A DNA stretch of 43,615 nucleotides from Candidatus Bipolaricaulia bacterium (GCA_046758705.1 JBHIAT010000009.1:1-43615), one strand, 5' to 3'; shown: positions 27,481 to 37,686, counted from the first letter of the stretch. A program made the numbers and translations. The notes: generated by a model from the letters alone, not told the origin.

Positions 27481-28650
27481 ATGACCAAAGATTTCCGCCC
27501 CGCCACCGTTTACTTCTATCCCCGCATTCGCCTATCGCCCTACTTTGAAGCTACCCAACGCCACGATGCCAAAGCGTACAGCGCCTACAACCACATGTAC
27601 ATCCCCAGTTGGTACGGCGACACCGAGGAGGAGTACTGGGCGCTGGTCAACGACGTGGTGATTTGGGATGTGGCCGTGGAGCGGCAACTGGAAATCAAGG
27701 GGCCCGACGGCTTCGCTTTCACCAACATGCTCACTCCGCGGGACCTGACCCAGTGCGAAGTCGGTCAATGTATGTATGTCATGATCACTGATGAGAATGG
27801 CACCATTATCAACGACCCGGTGCTGTTGCGCTTGGATGAGAACCATTTCTGGTTGTCGCTGTCCGACAGCGATGTGCTACTGTGGGCCAAGGGTCTGGCC
27901 TACAACTCAGACTGGGACGTGGAGCTCGGTGAACCGGACGTGTCGCCGGTGCAGGTGCAGGGACCAAAGTCCCCGAAAGTCATGCAGGATCTCTTTGGCG
28001 ATCGTGTCCTCAAGCTGCCCTACTACTATCATTACGAGACCACGTTAGATGACATGGAAACGGTGGTGACGCGCACCGGCTACACCCAGGAACTTGGCTA
28101 CGAGATTTTCTTGAAGAACAGCAGCCGTGACGGCCTCAAGTTGTGGGACACGATGATGGAGGCCGGCAAACCGTATAACATCAGACCGGCCGGTCCTTCA
28201 GTCATTCGTCGCGTGGAGGCCGGCATCCGCGATTACGGTCGGGACATCTTTCGCCTGGAGAGTAACCCGTACGAGGTCGGGTTCGGCTGGACCGTTGATC
28301 TAGACCAAGAGGCCGACTTCATCGGTAAGGAGGCGCTCAGACGGATCAAGGCCGAGGGCGTGAAGCGCAAGTTGGTCGGGGTGGAGATTTACGGTGATCG
28401 AATCGAAGGCTCGAACGAAGATTACTGGCCGGTGCACAAGGACGGCCAACGCATCGGTCAGGTCACTTCCACCATTTACTCGCCGCGCTTGGAGAAAAAC
28501 ATCGGTTACGCCATGGTGCCCATCGAATACGCCGATCTAGGAACGGAGTTCAGTGTCGATGCGCGCGGCACCGAGAGGACGGCCAAGGTGGTCGAAGAAC
28601 CATTCATCAAGGGATCCGAAAAAGGAGATCCCAAAGCAGCCAACGGCTAG
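27481..28650 (+). CDS. GcvT-fold THF-dependent demethylase, DmdA-like (copy 2)
   Basis: RIRLSPYF, YSAYNHMYIP, IWDVAVERQLEIKGPDG, TRTGYTQELGYEIF; clear paralog of 19572-20735. Confidence 0.85.
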   Translation: MTKDFRPATVYFYPRIRLSPYFEATQRHDAKAYSAYNHMYIPSWYGDTEEEYWALVNDVVIWDVAVERQLEIKGPDGFAFTNMLTPRDLTQCEVGQCMYVMITDENGTIINDPVLLRLDENHFWLSLSDSDVLLWAKGLAYNSDWDVELGEPDVSPVQVQGPKSPKVMQDLFGDRVLKLPYYYHYETTLDDMETVVTRTGYTQELGYEIFLKNSSRDGLKLWDTMMEAGKPYNIRPAGPSVIRRVEAGIRDYGRDIFRLESNPYEVGFGWTVDLDQEADFIGKEALRRIKAEGVKRKLVGVEIYGDRIEGSNEDYWPVHKDGQRIGQVTSTIYSPRLEKNIGYAMVPIEYADLGTEFSVDARGTERTAKVVEEPFIKGSEKGDPKAANG

Positions 28651-28741
28651 CTGAAGAGGTGAATTGACACAGTGACTACCAGAATCTCTCAAGTACCGCT
28701 CAAGCCGCTCACGCCGGAGAACGCCAGGAGATAGAGAAAAA

Positions 28742-29860
28742 TTGCAGATTCCAGGATGGAAGGACAAGGTGCTGTTTACGCCGGGGCCGCTGACCACCAG
28801 CCAGACGGTGAAACAAGCGATGCTGCGGGATGTGGGCTCCTGGGATTTCGAGTTTGTTCAACGGGTCAAGGAAGTTCGCCGCAAATTGCTTGACGTGGGC
28901 GGCGTCGCCGAGGGTGATTACATCGCCATCCCGATGCAGGGCAGCGGCACCTTTGGCCTTGAATCCGTCATTTCTTCAACGGTACCGCCGGACGGCAAGC
29001 TGTTGGTGGTCATCAACGGTGCCTATGGCCGGCGCATCGTGAACATCGCCTCGGTGCTGAAGATCGATACCGTTACGTTGACTTACGCTGAGGACCGCCA
29101 GCCCGATCTCCAAGACGTCACCGCTGCGCTGGAAGCCGATGAGGACATCACTCATGTGGCCGTGGTGCATTGCGAGACGACCACCGGCATCCTCAATCCA
29201 GTAGCGAAGATCGGAGCGATCATAAAGCAGTTCGACCGGCGCTACTTTGTGGACGCCATGAGTAGTTTCGGTGCGGTCCCGCTGAATCTGGTCGAATGTG
29301 GGATCGATTATCTGGTCTCATCCGCCAACAAATGTATCGAAGGGGTGCCCGGGTTCTCGTTTGTGCTGGCCAAACGGAACTCGCTGCTGGCCACAGAGGG
29401 CTATGCCCGCAGCCTGAGTTTGGACCTGTTGGCACAGTGGAAAGGTCTGGAGGCCGATGGACAGTTCCGCTTCACGCCGCCCACCCATGCCCTGCTCGCC
29501 TTCCATCAAGCCCTGGTGGAGTTGGAGCAAGAGGGCGGGGTGGAGGCGCGGGCCGCTCGTTATCGGGCCAACTACGAGACGCTGGTGGCCGGCATGCGGG
29601 CCATGGGCTTTGAGGAATATTTGCGGCCAGAAGACCAGGGCTACATCATCACCTCGTTTCGCTACCCGACCCACCCCAATTTTACTTTCGAAGCGTTTTA
29701 TGAGCGGTTGAATCAGAAGGGCTATGTGATCTATCCCGGCAAGGTGAGCAGCGCCGATTGCTTCCGCATCGGCAGTATTGGCCGGATTTTTGAATCTGAC
29801 GTGCGCGATCTGCTGGCGGCGATCCGCGAAACGCTGACCGACATGGAGGTTGAACTGTAA
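28742..29860 (+). CDS. phnW: 2-aminoethylphosphonate-pyruvate transaminase
   Basis: [59 protein letters not shown] start. Confidence 0.96.
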   Translation: MQIPGWKDKVLFTPGPLTTSQTVKQAMLRDVGSWDFEFVQRVKEVRRKLLDVGGVAEGDYIAIPMQGSGTFGLESVISSTVPPDGKLLVVINGAYGRRIVNIASVLKIDTVTLTYAEDRQPDLQDVTAALEADEDITHVAVVHCETTTGILNPVAKIGAIIKQFDRRYFVDAMSSFGAVPLNLVECGIDYLVSSANKCIEGVPGFSFVLAKRNSLLATEGYARSLSLDLLAQWKGLEADGQFRFTPPTHALLAFHQALVELEQEGGVEARAARYRANYETLVAGMRAMGFEEYLRPEDQGYIITSFRYPTHPNFTFEAFYERLNQKGYVIYPGKVSSADCFRIGSIGRIFESDVRDLLAAIRETLTDMEVEL

Positions 29861-29862
29861 CG

Positions 29863-30693
29863 ATGGAGTTCACATATCGCCGGTCATACCGAGGACCTGT
29901 CAAACTCGTCATTCTCGACTGGGCCGGTACAACGATGGACTACGGCTGTTACGCACCTGCGGTGGTGTTCATCGAAGTGTACAGGCGCAAAGGGGTGGAC
30001 GTCACGATGGAGCAGGCGCGCCGTCCGATGGGCCTGCACAAACGCGACCACATCAAAGCGATCAGCCGATTTGACCAGGTGGCACAAAAGTGGCAGGAAG
30101 TGTACGACAGGCCCGTCACAGAACAGGACATTGACGACATGTTTGCCGACTTCCAGCCGCTGCAGCTGCAATGCCTGGCCGATTATGCCGATCTCATTCC
30201 GGGCACGCTGGAGACGGTGGCCGCCTTGCGTGAGCGCGGCATTCTCATCGGTTCAAGTACCGGCTACTTCACCGAGGCGATGGAGCTGCTCAAAGAGGAA
30301 GCGGCCAAGCGGGACTACGTGCCTGACAGCAGCGTGTGCGCCACCCAGGTACCCGCTGGTCGTCCACACCCGTGGATGGTGTTGCAGAATATGTTCAACA
30401 CCGGCGTCTATCCGCCCGAAGCGGTGGTGAAAGTTGACGACACCAAACCTGGGATTGCCGAGGGTCTGAACGCGGGCACGTGGACGATTGGCCTGGCCAA
30501 AACGGGCAACGAAGTGGGGCTGAACCTTGAGGAGATCAACGCACTCGACCCTGAAACCCTGGAGCGCAAGGTTGCCCAGGCACGTCTGGAGCTGGCCAAG
30601 ATGGGCGCACACTATGTGGTCGATGAAATCTTGGAGATCGTGCCGATCATCGACGATATCAATACGAGACTGGCACGTGGCGAACGCCCATGA
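29863..30693 (+). CDS. phnX: Phosphonoacetaldehyde hydrolase (phosphonatase)
   Basis: LDWAGTTMDYGCYAP, ARRPMGLHKRDHI (Schiff-base Lys), GRPHPWM, VKVDDT. Confidence 0.97.
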   Translation: MEFTYRRSYRGPVKLVILDWAGTTMDYGCYAPAVVFIEVYRRKGVDVTMEQARRPMGLHKRDHIKAISRFDQVAQKWQEVYDRPVTEQDIDDMFADFQPLQLQCLADYADLIPGTLETVAALRERGILIGSSTGYFTEAMELLKEEAAKRDYVPDSSVCATQVPAGRPHPWMVLQNMFNTGVYPPEAVVKVDDTKPGIAEGLNAGTWTIGLAKTGNEVGLNLEEINALDPETLERKVAQARLELAKMGAHYVVDEILEIVPIIDDINTRLARGERP

Positions 30694-30720
30694 TTTGACG
30701 GCCAAAAACCGGAGGCGGTC

Positions 30721-32100
30721 GTGATGGATACCAGCCAGGAAGGGCTTTCCAGATTGAAATCCGAAGGAGACATTAACCTTTCGTCCCGCCGGGCCAAGTG
30801 GCAGGCGCAGACGCTGGACGAGAAAACCCGCGCGCTGCTTGAAGAGGACGCACGCTACTTTCTGCATCAATCGCTGTCTACTCCCTGTCTGAACGCGCTG
30901 CGTGCCTGCGAAGGCATCTACATTGAAGACCTGCAGGGCCGACGCTACATGGACTTTCACGGCAACAACGTCCACCAGGTCGGCTTTTCCAACCCGGCCG
31001 TCATCGCAGCCATCAAGGCCCAGCTCGACGAGCTCTCTTTCTGCACCCGGCGCTACACCAACCGTGTAGCGGTAGACCTGGCAAAAAAGCTGGCCGAACT
31101 CGCGCCCGGCAATCTGAACAAGGTGCTGTTCTGCCCTGGCGGAACCAGTGCAATCGGCATGGCACTCAAGCTGGCGCGAGTTGCCACCGGCCGCCACAAG
31201 ACGATTTCGATGTGGGATTCTTTTCACGGCGTCTCGTTGGATGCGATCTCGATCGGGGGCGAGGCCCTGTTTCGAAGCGGGATCGGCCCACTGCTGTCGG
31301 GCACCGAGCACGTGCCACCTCCCGACGAGTATCGCTGCCTGTGGGAATGTCACCTGCGCGGCGGCTGCGATCTAAAGTGTGCCAGCTACATCGAGTACGT
31401 GCTCGAAAAAGAGGGGGACGTCGCAGCCGTGATCGCAGAGCCGGTGCGGACCACACCGTACATTCCCAAGCCCGAATACTGGCAAGCGGTGCGGGTGGCC
31501 TGCGACCGGCACGGCGCGCTGCTGATCTTCGATGAGATCCCGAATTCCCTCGGCCGCACCGGCACCATGTTCACCTGTGAGACCTTCGGCATGGTGCCCG
31601 ACATTCTGGTGCTGGGCAAGGGGTTGGGAGGCGGCATTTTCCCGCTCGCCGCCCTGATCGCCCGCGAGGACTTAGACGTGGCGGCCGACCGGGCACTGGG
31701 ACACTACACCCACGAGAAAAACCCGGTCGCCTGCGCAGCCGCCCTGGCGACGCTTGAGTACATCGAAAGCCACAACTTAATGGCACACGCCCGTGATCTG
31801 GGGCGCTACGCCTTGGACCGTATGCGGGAAATGATGGAGCGGCATCCCTTAATCGGCGATGTGCGTGGCCTGGGCTTGCTGCTCGGGATAGAACTCGTGC
31901 AAGACCGGGTGACCCGCGAGCAGGCCAGCGACGAAGCCGAGGCGGCCATGTACTGTGCGCTCAGCAAGGGATTGAGCTTCAAACTGACGATGGGCAACGT
32001 TCTCGCACTCACCCCTCCGCTGACGATCACTCGCGAGGAGATGGACCGGGCGCTGGATATCATTGATGATTGCCTGGCATTTGGCAAGAGGAGGCAGTGA
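30721..32100 (+). CDS. pbfA: (R)-1-hydroxy-2-aminoethylphosphonate ammonia-lyase-like PLP enzyme (class III aminotransferase fold)
   Basis: SEGDINLS, YFLHQSLSTPCL, MDFHGNNVHQ, GHYTHEKNP, LGKGLGGG; position after phnWX. Confidence 0.88.
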   Translation: MMDTSQEGLSRLKSEGDINLSSRRAKWQAQTLDEKTRALLEEDARYFLHQSLSTPCLNALRACEGIYIEDLQGRRYMDFHGNNVHQVGFSNPAVIAAIKAQLDELSFCTRRYTNRVAVDLAKKLAELAPGNLNKVLFCPGGTSAIGMALKLARVATGRHKTISMWDSFHGVSLDAISIGGEALFRSGIGPLLSGTEHVPPPDEYRCLWECHLRGGCDLKCASYIEYVLEKEGDVAAVIAEPVRTTPYIPKPEYWQAVRVACDRHGALLIFDEIPNSLGRTGTMFTCETFGMVPDILVLGKGLGGGIFPLAALIAREDLDVAADRALGHYTHEKNPVACAAALATLEYIESHNLMAHARDLGRYALDRMREMMERHPLIGDVRGLGLLLGIELVQDRVTREQASDEAEAAMYCALSKGLSFKLTMGNVLALTPPLTITREEMDRALDIIDDCLAFGKRRQ

Positions 32101-32104
32101 ACCC

Positions 32105-34546
32105 GTGCAAGACCAAGCTCAAGTTGTCATGATCGGCGGTGGCATCGTCGGATGCAGTATCGCCTATCACCTAGCCAAGTTGGGCTGGACCGATGTCATC
32201 CTGGTTGAAAAAGGCGAGCTGACCAGCGGCACGACGTTTCACTCGGTTGGCCTGGTGAGCCAATTCCGGACCTCGCCGACCTCGATGCAGTTGATGAATT
32301 ACAGCATCAACCTTTACAACGAGTTGAAGGCGGAAGTCGGAGCGTCTCTGGGTTGGCAGCAGGTGGGCAGCTTGCGTTTGGCGTCCAGCAAAGACCAGCT
32401 CAAAGCTCTGCAACGAAATGTCAGCCAAGCCAAAGCGCTTGGCCTGACCGTCGAGATCATCTCACCTATCGAGGCGCTGAAGATCTTCCCGTACATGACG
32501 GACAAGAGCCTGTACGGGGCGGTGCACATTCCCGACGACGGCTATCTCGATCCGAACGGCATCACTGCTGAACTGGGCCAGCGCGCCAAACAACTGGGCG
32601 TGGCTATCCACACCAACGTGCGCGTCACCGGAATCGAATGCTCACCGTCCGGCGACGTCACCCAGGTGAACACCGATCACGGCTCGATCAAGACCGAGTA
32701 TGTGGTCAATGCCGCCGGGATGTGGGCGCCGCAAATCGGGGCGATGGTGGGCGTCAATCTGCCGATGGTGCCCATCATGCACCAGTACATCGCCACCGAT
32801 CCGATTCCCGGTTATGAGTTGCCGCTTGAGACGCCGGTCGTGCGCGACCCGGATAACCTGGTCTACATCAAGGAAGAGGTGCGGGGCTTTCTCATCGGTG
32901 GCTTTGAACGGAACCCCAAGGCCTGGTCCGTGGATGGGGTGCCCTGGGAGTTCACCCAGCAATTACTCCCCCCTGAATGGAAACTGTTTTACGAGCTGCT
33001 GGAAGGCGCCATGCGACGGGTTCCCATTCTGAAGCGGGCAGAGGTCGTGCATCGGGTCAACGGACCGGAAGCGATCACGCCCGATGGCCACTACCTTTTG
33101 GGACCGGTGCCTGGCCGGCATGGTTTTTACGTGGCGGCCGGCATGTCTCTCAATGGCATCGCTGGGGCCGGCGGCGTAGGCAAAATCATGGCCGAGTGGA
33201 TCGTCGAAGGGGAACCCTCCCTCGATGTCCACGAGGTGAACGTGCGGCGCTTCGGGCGACACTATGCCGACAAGCACTACGCCACCGAGCGCGCCCGCGA
33301 GGTGTACAAATATTACTACTTCCTCCGTTACCCCGAAGACGAAAACGAGTGGGGTCGCCCGTTGCGGACCAGCCCCCTCTATCCACACTTGCGAGAACTT
33401 GGGGCAGTGTTCGGTGAGAAAAATGGTTGGGAGCGGGTCAACTACTTCGAACCCGGCCGGTCCTGGCGGCGGGCCGGTGCGGATCAACGGGCCTGGGGCT
33501 GGGGCCGTCCACCCTACTTCCAGCAGATCGGCGAAGAGCACCGCGCGGTGCGAGCGCGCGTCGGCCTGTTGGATATGACGTCGTTCGGCAAAATTGACGT
33601 GCGCGGCCCCGGCGCGTTAGCCCTGCTACAACGGCTGGCCGACAACAACATCGACAAGCCCGCCGGCAGCCTGACTTACACCCAGTTTCTCAACGCCCGC
33701 GGTGGTATCGAGAGCGACCTGACCATCAGCCGCCTGGCCGAAGATCACTTCCGGGCGATCACCGGCACCGCCTTTCTAGCCAATGACTTGGGCTGGATCA
33801 AGACACACATGCCGGGCGACGGCTCGGTGACGGTGCGTGATGTCACAGATGATTTGGCCTGCCTGAGCCTGTGGGGACCATATGCCCGGGATGTGCTCCA
33901 AACCGTCACCACTCGTGATGTTTCCAACGAAACCTTCCCCTACATGAGCACCCAAGCCATTGACGTCGCCGGTGTCCCGGTATGGGCACAACGGGTCAGT
34001 TACGCGGGCGAGTTGGGCTGGGAGCTTTACACCCCACCCGACCAAGCCGTCGGAGTCTGGGACGCGCTGATGGACGCGGGCGAACCGTTCGGCATTCAGC
34101 CCGTCGGCTACAAAGCCCTCGAGTCACTGCGCTTGGAAAAGGGATACCGCTTCTGGGGGGCGGATATGACGCCCGACGAGAACCCCTATGAGGCGGGGTT
34201 AGGATTTTGTGTGAAGTTAAAGAAGGGCGAGTTCATCGGCCGGGAAGCGCTGCTAGAAATCAAGGACCAGGGCATCAAACGCAAGCTCTGCGCGCTGACA
34301 CTGGACGACGATGTCTGCATGATTTACGGCGGTGAGTCCGTCTACAGCCATGGCCGTGTGGTCAGCTACGTGCGCAGTGGTGGCTACGGCTATACCGTCG
34401 GGAAGAACATCGCTTACGCCTATCTGCCGCTGGAACTGGCTGAGGTCGGGACAACCGTCAAAGTCGAGTCCTTCGACGAACACATCAGCGCACAGGTGGT
34501 GGCCGAACCGCTGTACGATCCGCAAGGCACACGCTTACGATCATGA
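32105..34546 (+). CDS. Sarcosine/dimethylglycine dehydrogenase-like flavoprotein (FAD domain plus GcvT domain)
   Basis: IGGGIVG, SGTTFHSVG, NGPEAITPDG, GWERVNYF, RVSYAGELGWELY, LRLEKGY; GTG start with GAGGAGG. Confidence 0.9.
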   Translation: MQDQAQVVMIGGGIVGCSIAYHLAKLGWTDVILVEKGELTSGTTFHSVGLVSQFRTSPTSMQLMNYSINLYNELKAEVGASLGWQQVGSLRLASSKDQLKALQRNVSQAKALGLTVEIISPIEALKIFPYMTDKSLYGAVHIPDDGYLDPNGITAELGQRAKQLGVAIHTNVRVTGIECSPSGDVTQVNTDHGSIKTEYVVNAAGMWAPQIGAMVGVNLPMVPIMHQYIATDPIPGYELPLETPVVRDPDNLVYIKEEVRGFLIGGFERNPKAWSVDGVPWEFTQQLLPPEWKLFYELLEGAMRRVPILKRAEVVHRVNGPEAITPDGHYLLGPVPGRHGFYVAAGMSLNGIAGAGGVGKIMAEWIVEGEPSLDVHEVNVRRFGRHYADKHYATERAREVYKYYYFLRYPEDENEWGRPLRTSPLYPHLRELGAVFGEKNGWERVNYFEPGRSWRRAGADQRAWGWGRPPYFQQIGEEHRAVRARVGLLDMTSFGKIDVRGPGALALLQRLADNNIDKPAGSLTYTQFLNARGGIESDLTISRLAEDHFRAITGTAFLANDLGWIKTHMPGDGSVTVRDVTDDLACLSLWGPYARDVLQTVTTRDVSNETFPYMSTQAIDVAGVPVWAQRVSYAGELGWELYTPPDQAVGVWDALMDAGEPFGIQPVGYKALESLRLEKGYRFWGADMTPDENPYEAGLGFCVKLKKGEFIGREALLEIKDQGIKRKLCALTLDDDVCMIYGGESVYSHGRVVSYVRSGGYGYTVGKNIAYAYLPLELAEVGTTVKVESFDEHISAQVVAEPLYDPQGTRLRS

Positions 34547-34760
34547 CTTGGGAATATCCTTCTTCGGATCAACGAAGAGTCTTTTGACCACGGTCGCCTT
34601 GGCCTCGCCGTCCGACGTTTCCACAATCAATTCGGTGCCCAGATCGGCATGCTCGATGGGGACCATGGCATAGCCGATGGTCTTCTTCAGTCATGGCGAG
34701 CAGGCGAACGACCTCAGATCCCCGATGCGTGTCCCATCCCGACTCACCGGCCAGGACGGC
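34541..34760 (-). pseudogene. 3' remnant of a third DmdA-like gene
   Basis: Manual translation WPVSRDGTRIGDLRSFACSP*LKKTIGYAMVPIEHADLGTELIVETSDGEAKATVVKRLFVDPKKDIPKS* aligns to the C-terminus of 19572-20735; internal TGA. Confidence 0.85.
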
Positions 34761-34807
34761 TACTCATTGGGCGCTGGCGGAGGTGTCAAGGCGGATTCCT
34801 CATGGAG

Positions 34808-34845
34808 TTTCCTCCCCATGGATAAATCCAGGGGACTTCTCGGCC
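34808..34845 (+). mobile_element. Solo IS200/IS605-type end hairpin (REP-like)
   Basis: TTTCCTCCCCATGGATAAATCCAGGGGACTTCTC resembles IS605 subterminal hairpins of the TTCCTCCCCATGGCTAAAGCCAGGGG type. Confidence 0.55.
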
Positions 34846-34910
34846 TAACCGTGTTGATAACCTCACCTAATGTGCGTTACACTGGTATTCGGAGGGAGAT
34901 GAGGTAGATA

Positions 34911-35970
34911 ATGGCCCTGCTGACGACCACCATCGGGGCTTACCCCAAACCCGATTATGTGCCGACACCGGACTGGTTCCGAGCGAGAAATCTGAACATT
35001 CCCCATCCTACCGAAGCCTACGATCAGTTCTTACACACCCAGGCAGGTGACGCCGAAGCGCTCGAAGCGCTCCTCGTCCGCGGGACCCACGAAGCGGTAC
35101 TCGACCAGGTGAACGCCGGCATCGACGTGCCCAGCGACGGGGAGATCCGGCGGGAAAACTACATTCACTATCATTGCCGCCATCTCGATGGCATCGATTT
35201 TTCGCACCTTACCCAAAAGACTATGCGAGCCGGGACGTGGGAGGCCGAAGTGCCAACGATTATCGGCCCGATCAAAGCCCGCGACCGATTTCTGCCCCAG
35301 GACTGGGAGATCGCCCAGTCGGTGACCGATCGCCCGATCAAGATCACCGTCCCCGGCCCCTTGACCCTCACCGACACCCTGGCCGACCTCTACTACGACG
35401 ATGAAAAGCGCCTGGGCGCCGACCTGGCCGATGCGCTCAACGTGGAGATACAGGCCCTCGCCGAGGCCGGATGTACCTGGTCAAGTGGATGAGCCGGTGT
35501 TCGCTCGCGAGCCGGAGAAAGCGCTGGCTTTCGGGATCGAAAACCTGGAGCGGTGCTTCCACGGTGTGCCGTCACACGTCGTGTGTGTCGTCCATATGTG
35601 CTGCGGCTACCCCGACAAGCTTGACAACGAAGATTATCCCAAGGCGGATCCGGCTGCCTACTTCATGTTGGCCGATGCGGTTGACGCATCGAGCATTCAG
35701 GCAGTTTCCATCGAGGACGCGTACCGGTACAACGATCTGACCCTATTGGAGCACTACACGAGGACTAAAGTCATCTTCGGCGTGATTGCCATCGCCAGGA
35801 CCAGGCTTGAGCCCGTGGAAGAGATCGCCGTCCGCCTCACTGAGGCACTGAACCACATTGATGCTGATCGGCTGATCGCTGCACCAGACTGTGGCCTGGG
35901 GATGCTTGATCATGCCACGGTGAGGGCCAAGCTGGCCAACATGGTGACCGCCGCCCGCGCTGTGGGCTGA
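34911..35970 (+). pseudogene. Cobalamin-independent methionine synthase II family (core/catalytic-domain-only MetE-like), frameshifted near 35481
   Basis: TTTIGAYPKP, SDGEIRRENY, KITVPGPLT, then frame change at TGG-T-CAA-GTG-GAT-GAG (W[I]QVDEP), HMCCG, SIE, APDCGLG. Confidence 0.85.
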
Positions 35971-35995
35971 GCGGGTCTCTACGCTTGCCAGATGT

Positions 35996-36025
35996 TTGAC
36001 AGCATTGTAAGTTCGGGTTTATAAT
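35996..36025 (+). promoter_or_regulatory. Consensus sigma70 promoter of the ABC operon
   Basis: TTGACA-18 nt-TATAAT. Confidence 0.75.
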
Positions 36026-36135
36026 TTAAACTTGCTTAAGGAGGTGATATCTTAGGAGAAGGTCTGGAGGTTTGAGACTTGAGACTATGGTACCTTGCAT
36101 AGCTCAAGTAGAAAAAAAGAAAAGGAGAGAACACC

Positions 36136-37686
36136 ATGTTATCCACCAAGAGGATCCAGATTATCTTGAGTCTACTGGTTGTCACCGCGATGACATTCGC
36201 GGCCTATGTACCGGCACTAGCGGAGGAACCGACGGGCACCCTGGTGAGAGCCATCTCAACCTTCCCCAACTCTCTGGACTTGCCGATAGCCGCGGAACGG
36301 CAGGCCAGCACCACTGCCTGGATGCTGTATGACACGCTCGTTTGGGTAAACGATGCGGGCAGAGTCGTGCCCGCGCTGGCCAAGAGCTGGGAGATCTCCG
36401 AGGACGGCGCGGAGTACACTTTCCACCTGCGCCAGGACGTCGTTTTCCACAACGGCGAGCGGTTCACCGCCGATTCGGTGGTCTTTTCCTGGGAACGCGG
36501 AAAAAACCCCGAGATGCAATGGTCCGAGAAATGGGCGCTGGCCGAGTCGGTGAAGGCGGTTGACACTTACACCGTCAAGGTCTCAACCGGGCAGCCCATG
36601 CCGCTCTTTTTGAGGATCATGGCCGACAACTGGGCGATCGTGCCCCCCAGATACATCGCTGCAGTGGGCGAGGAGGGCTTCGCCAAGCGCCCGATCGGCA
36701 CCGGGCCGTTCATGTTTGTCGAGTGGGTGAAGGGCGACCGCATCGTCATGGATGCCAATCCGAACTACTGGCGGGAAGGAGTGCCCAGGATCCAGAGGCT
36801 GATCTACCGGCCCATCCCAGAGTCCTCCACGCGCGTGGCCGCCATCCAGACGGGCGAGGTCGACATCGTCACCCGTCTGAGTGCAGAAGAGGCGACGAGT
36901 CTGCTGGGTGTGCCCGGCATCAAGATCATCAAGTATCCGCTTGATCGTGTCTGGTACGTCGCTTTCAACAACCTGACCAGCGGTGTAGGCCAGCCGACCG
37001 AGGACGCTCGCGTCCGACAGGCTATGAACTACGCCGTTGACGTTGCGGCGATTATTGACGCGCTGTTTGAGGGCTTCGCTCGGGAGTCCACCGGCTACGT
37101 CACACCGGCCAATTTGGGCTACGACGAAACCCTCATGCCATTTGGCTACGACCCGGAAAAGGCGCGCATGCTGCTGGCCGACGCCGGCTATCCGAATGGG
37201 TTCGCTATAGACTTCGCCTGCCCGATTGGCGCCTATACCCACTTTGAGGAGGTCTGTGAGGCCATCCAGGGCTACCTGGGCGAGGTGGGGATCGAGATCG
37301 ATCTCGAGTTCATGGAGTCCGGTCATTACTGGGACCTGGAAGCCAACAAACAGCTTCCGCCCCTGTTCGGCGACAGTTGGTCCGAATCCACCGGTGAGGC
37401 GTTCCCCCGCTTGCAAGGCGCGCTGGGGGGGTGGGACGCCAGCTTCTCCTCCTGGTCCGATCCGGAAATCGACCGGTTGCTCGATGCGATCTCGGTGACC
37501 GTGGATCAGGACGCCCGGGCGGCACTGTACGTCGAGCTACAGCGTTACATGCACGAAAACCCACCCTTCATCTACCTCTATGAACCGTTTACCTTCGAGG
37601 TCATCAGCACCCGCGTGCAGAACTACAACCCGCGTGCGGCTGAAAACTACTTCCTCTTTGATACCTTCGTCGTTGCAGAGAATTAG
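36136..37686 (+). CDS. ABC transporter substrate-binding protein, family 5 (Opp/Dpp/Nik type)
   Basis: Signal peptide (ALA-EE); PALAKSWEISEDG..YTFHLRQDVVFHNG, PIGTGPF, VRQAMNYAVD. Confidence 0.95.
   Translation: MLSTKRIQIILSLLVVTAMTFAAYVPALAEEPTGTLVRAISTFPNSLDLPIAAERQASTTAWMLYDTLVWVNDAGRVVPALAKSWEISEDGAEYTFHLRQDVVFHNGERFTADSVVFSWERGKNPEMQWSEKWALAESVKAVDTYTVKVSTGQPMPLFLRIMADNWAIVPPRYIAAVGEEGFAKRPIGTGPFMFVEWVKGDRIVMDANPNYWREGVPRIQRLIYRPIPESSTRVAAIQTGEVDIVTRLSAEEATSLLGVPGIKIIKYPLDRVWYVAFNNLTSGVGQPTEDARVRQAMNYAVDVAAIIDALFEGFARESTGYVTPANLGYDETLMPFGYDPEKARMLLADAGYPNGFAIDFACPIGAYTHFEEVCEAIQGYLGEVGIEIDLEFMESGHYWDLEANKQLPPLFGDSWSESTGEAFPRLQGALGGWDASFSSWSDPEIDRLLDAISVTVDQDARAALYVELQRYMHENPPFIYLYEPFTFEVISTRVQNYNPRAAENYFLFDTFVVAEN

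Noticed and set aside
28672-28734. 20-codon ORF with GAGGTG RBS before phnW (leader peptide or frameshifted N-terminus)
   Set aside because: No attenuator structure or informative codon run; phnW has its own AGGAG and TTG start
34690-34692. In-frame TGA in the DmdA-like remnant as selenocysteine
   Set aside because: Paralogs have Arg (SPRL) here and the gene is truncated, so it is a nonsense mutation
35470-35495. Programmed frameshift in the MetE-like gene
   Set aside because: No slippery run; codon for the conserved Ile is partly missing, consistent with a deletion or error
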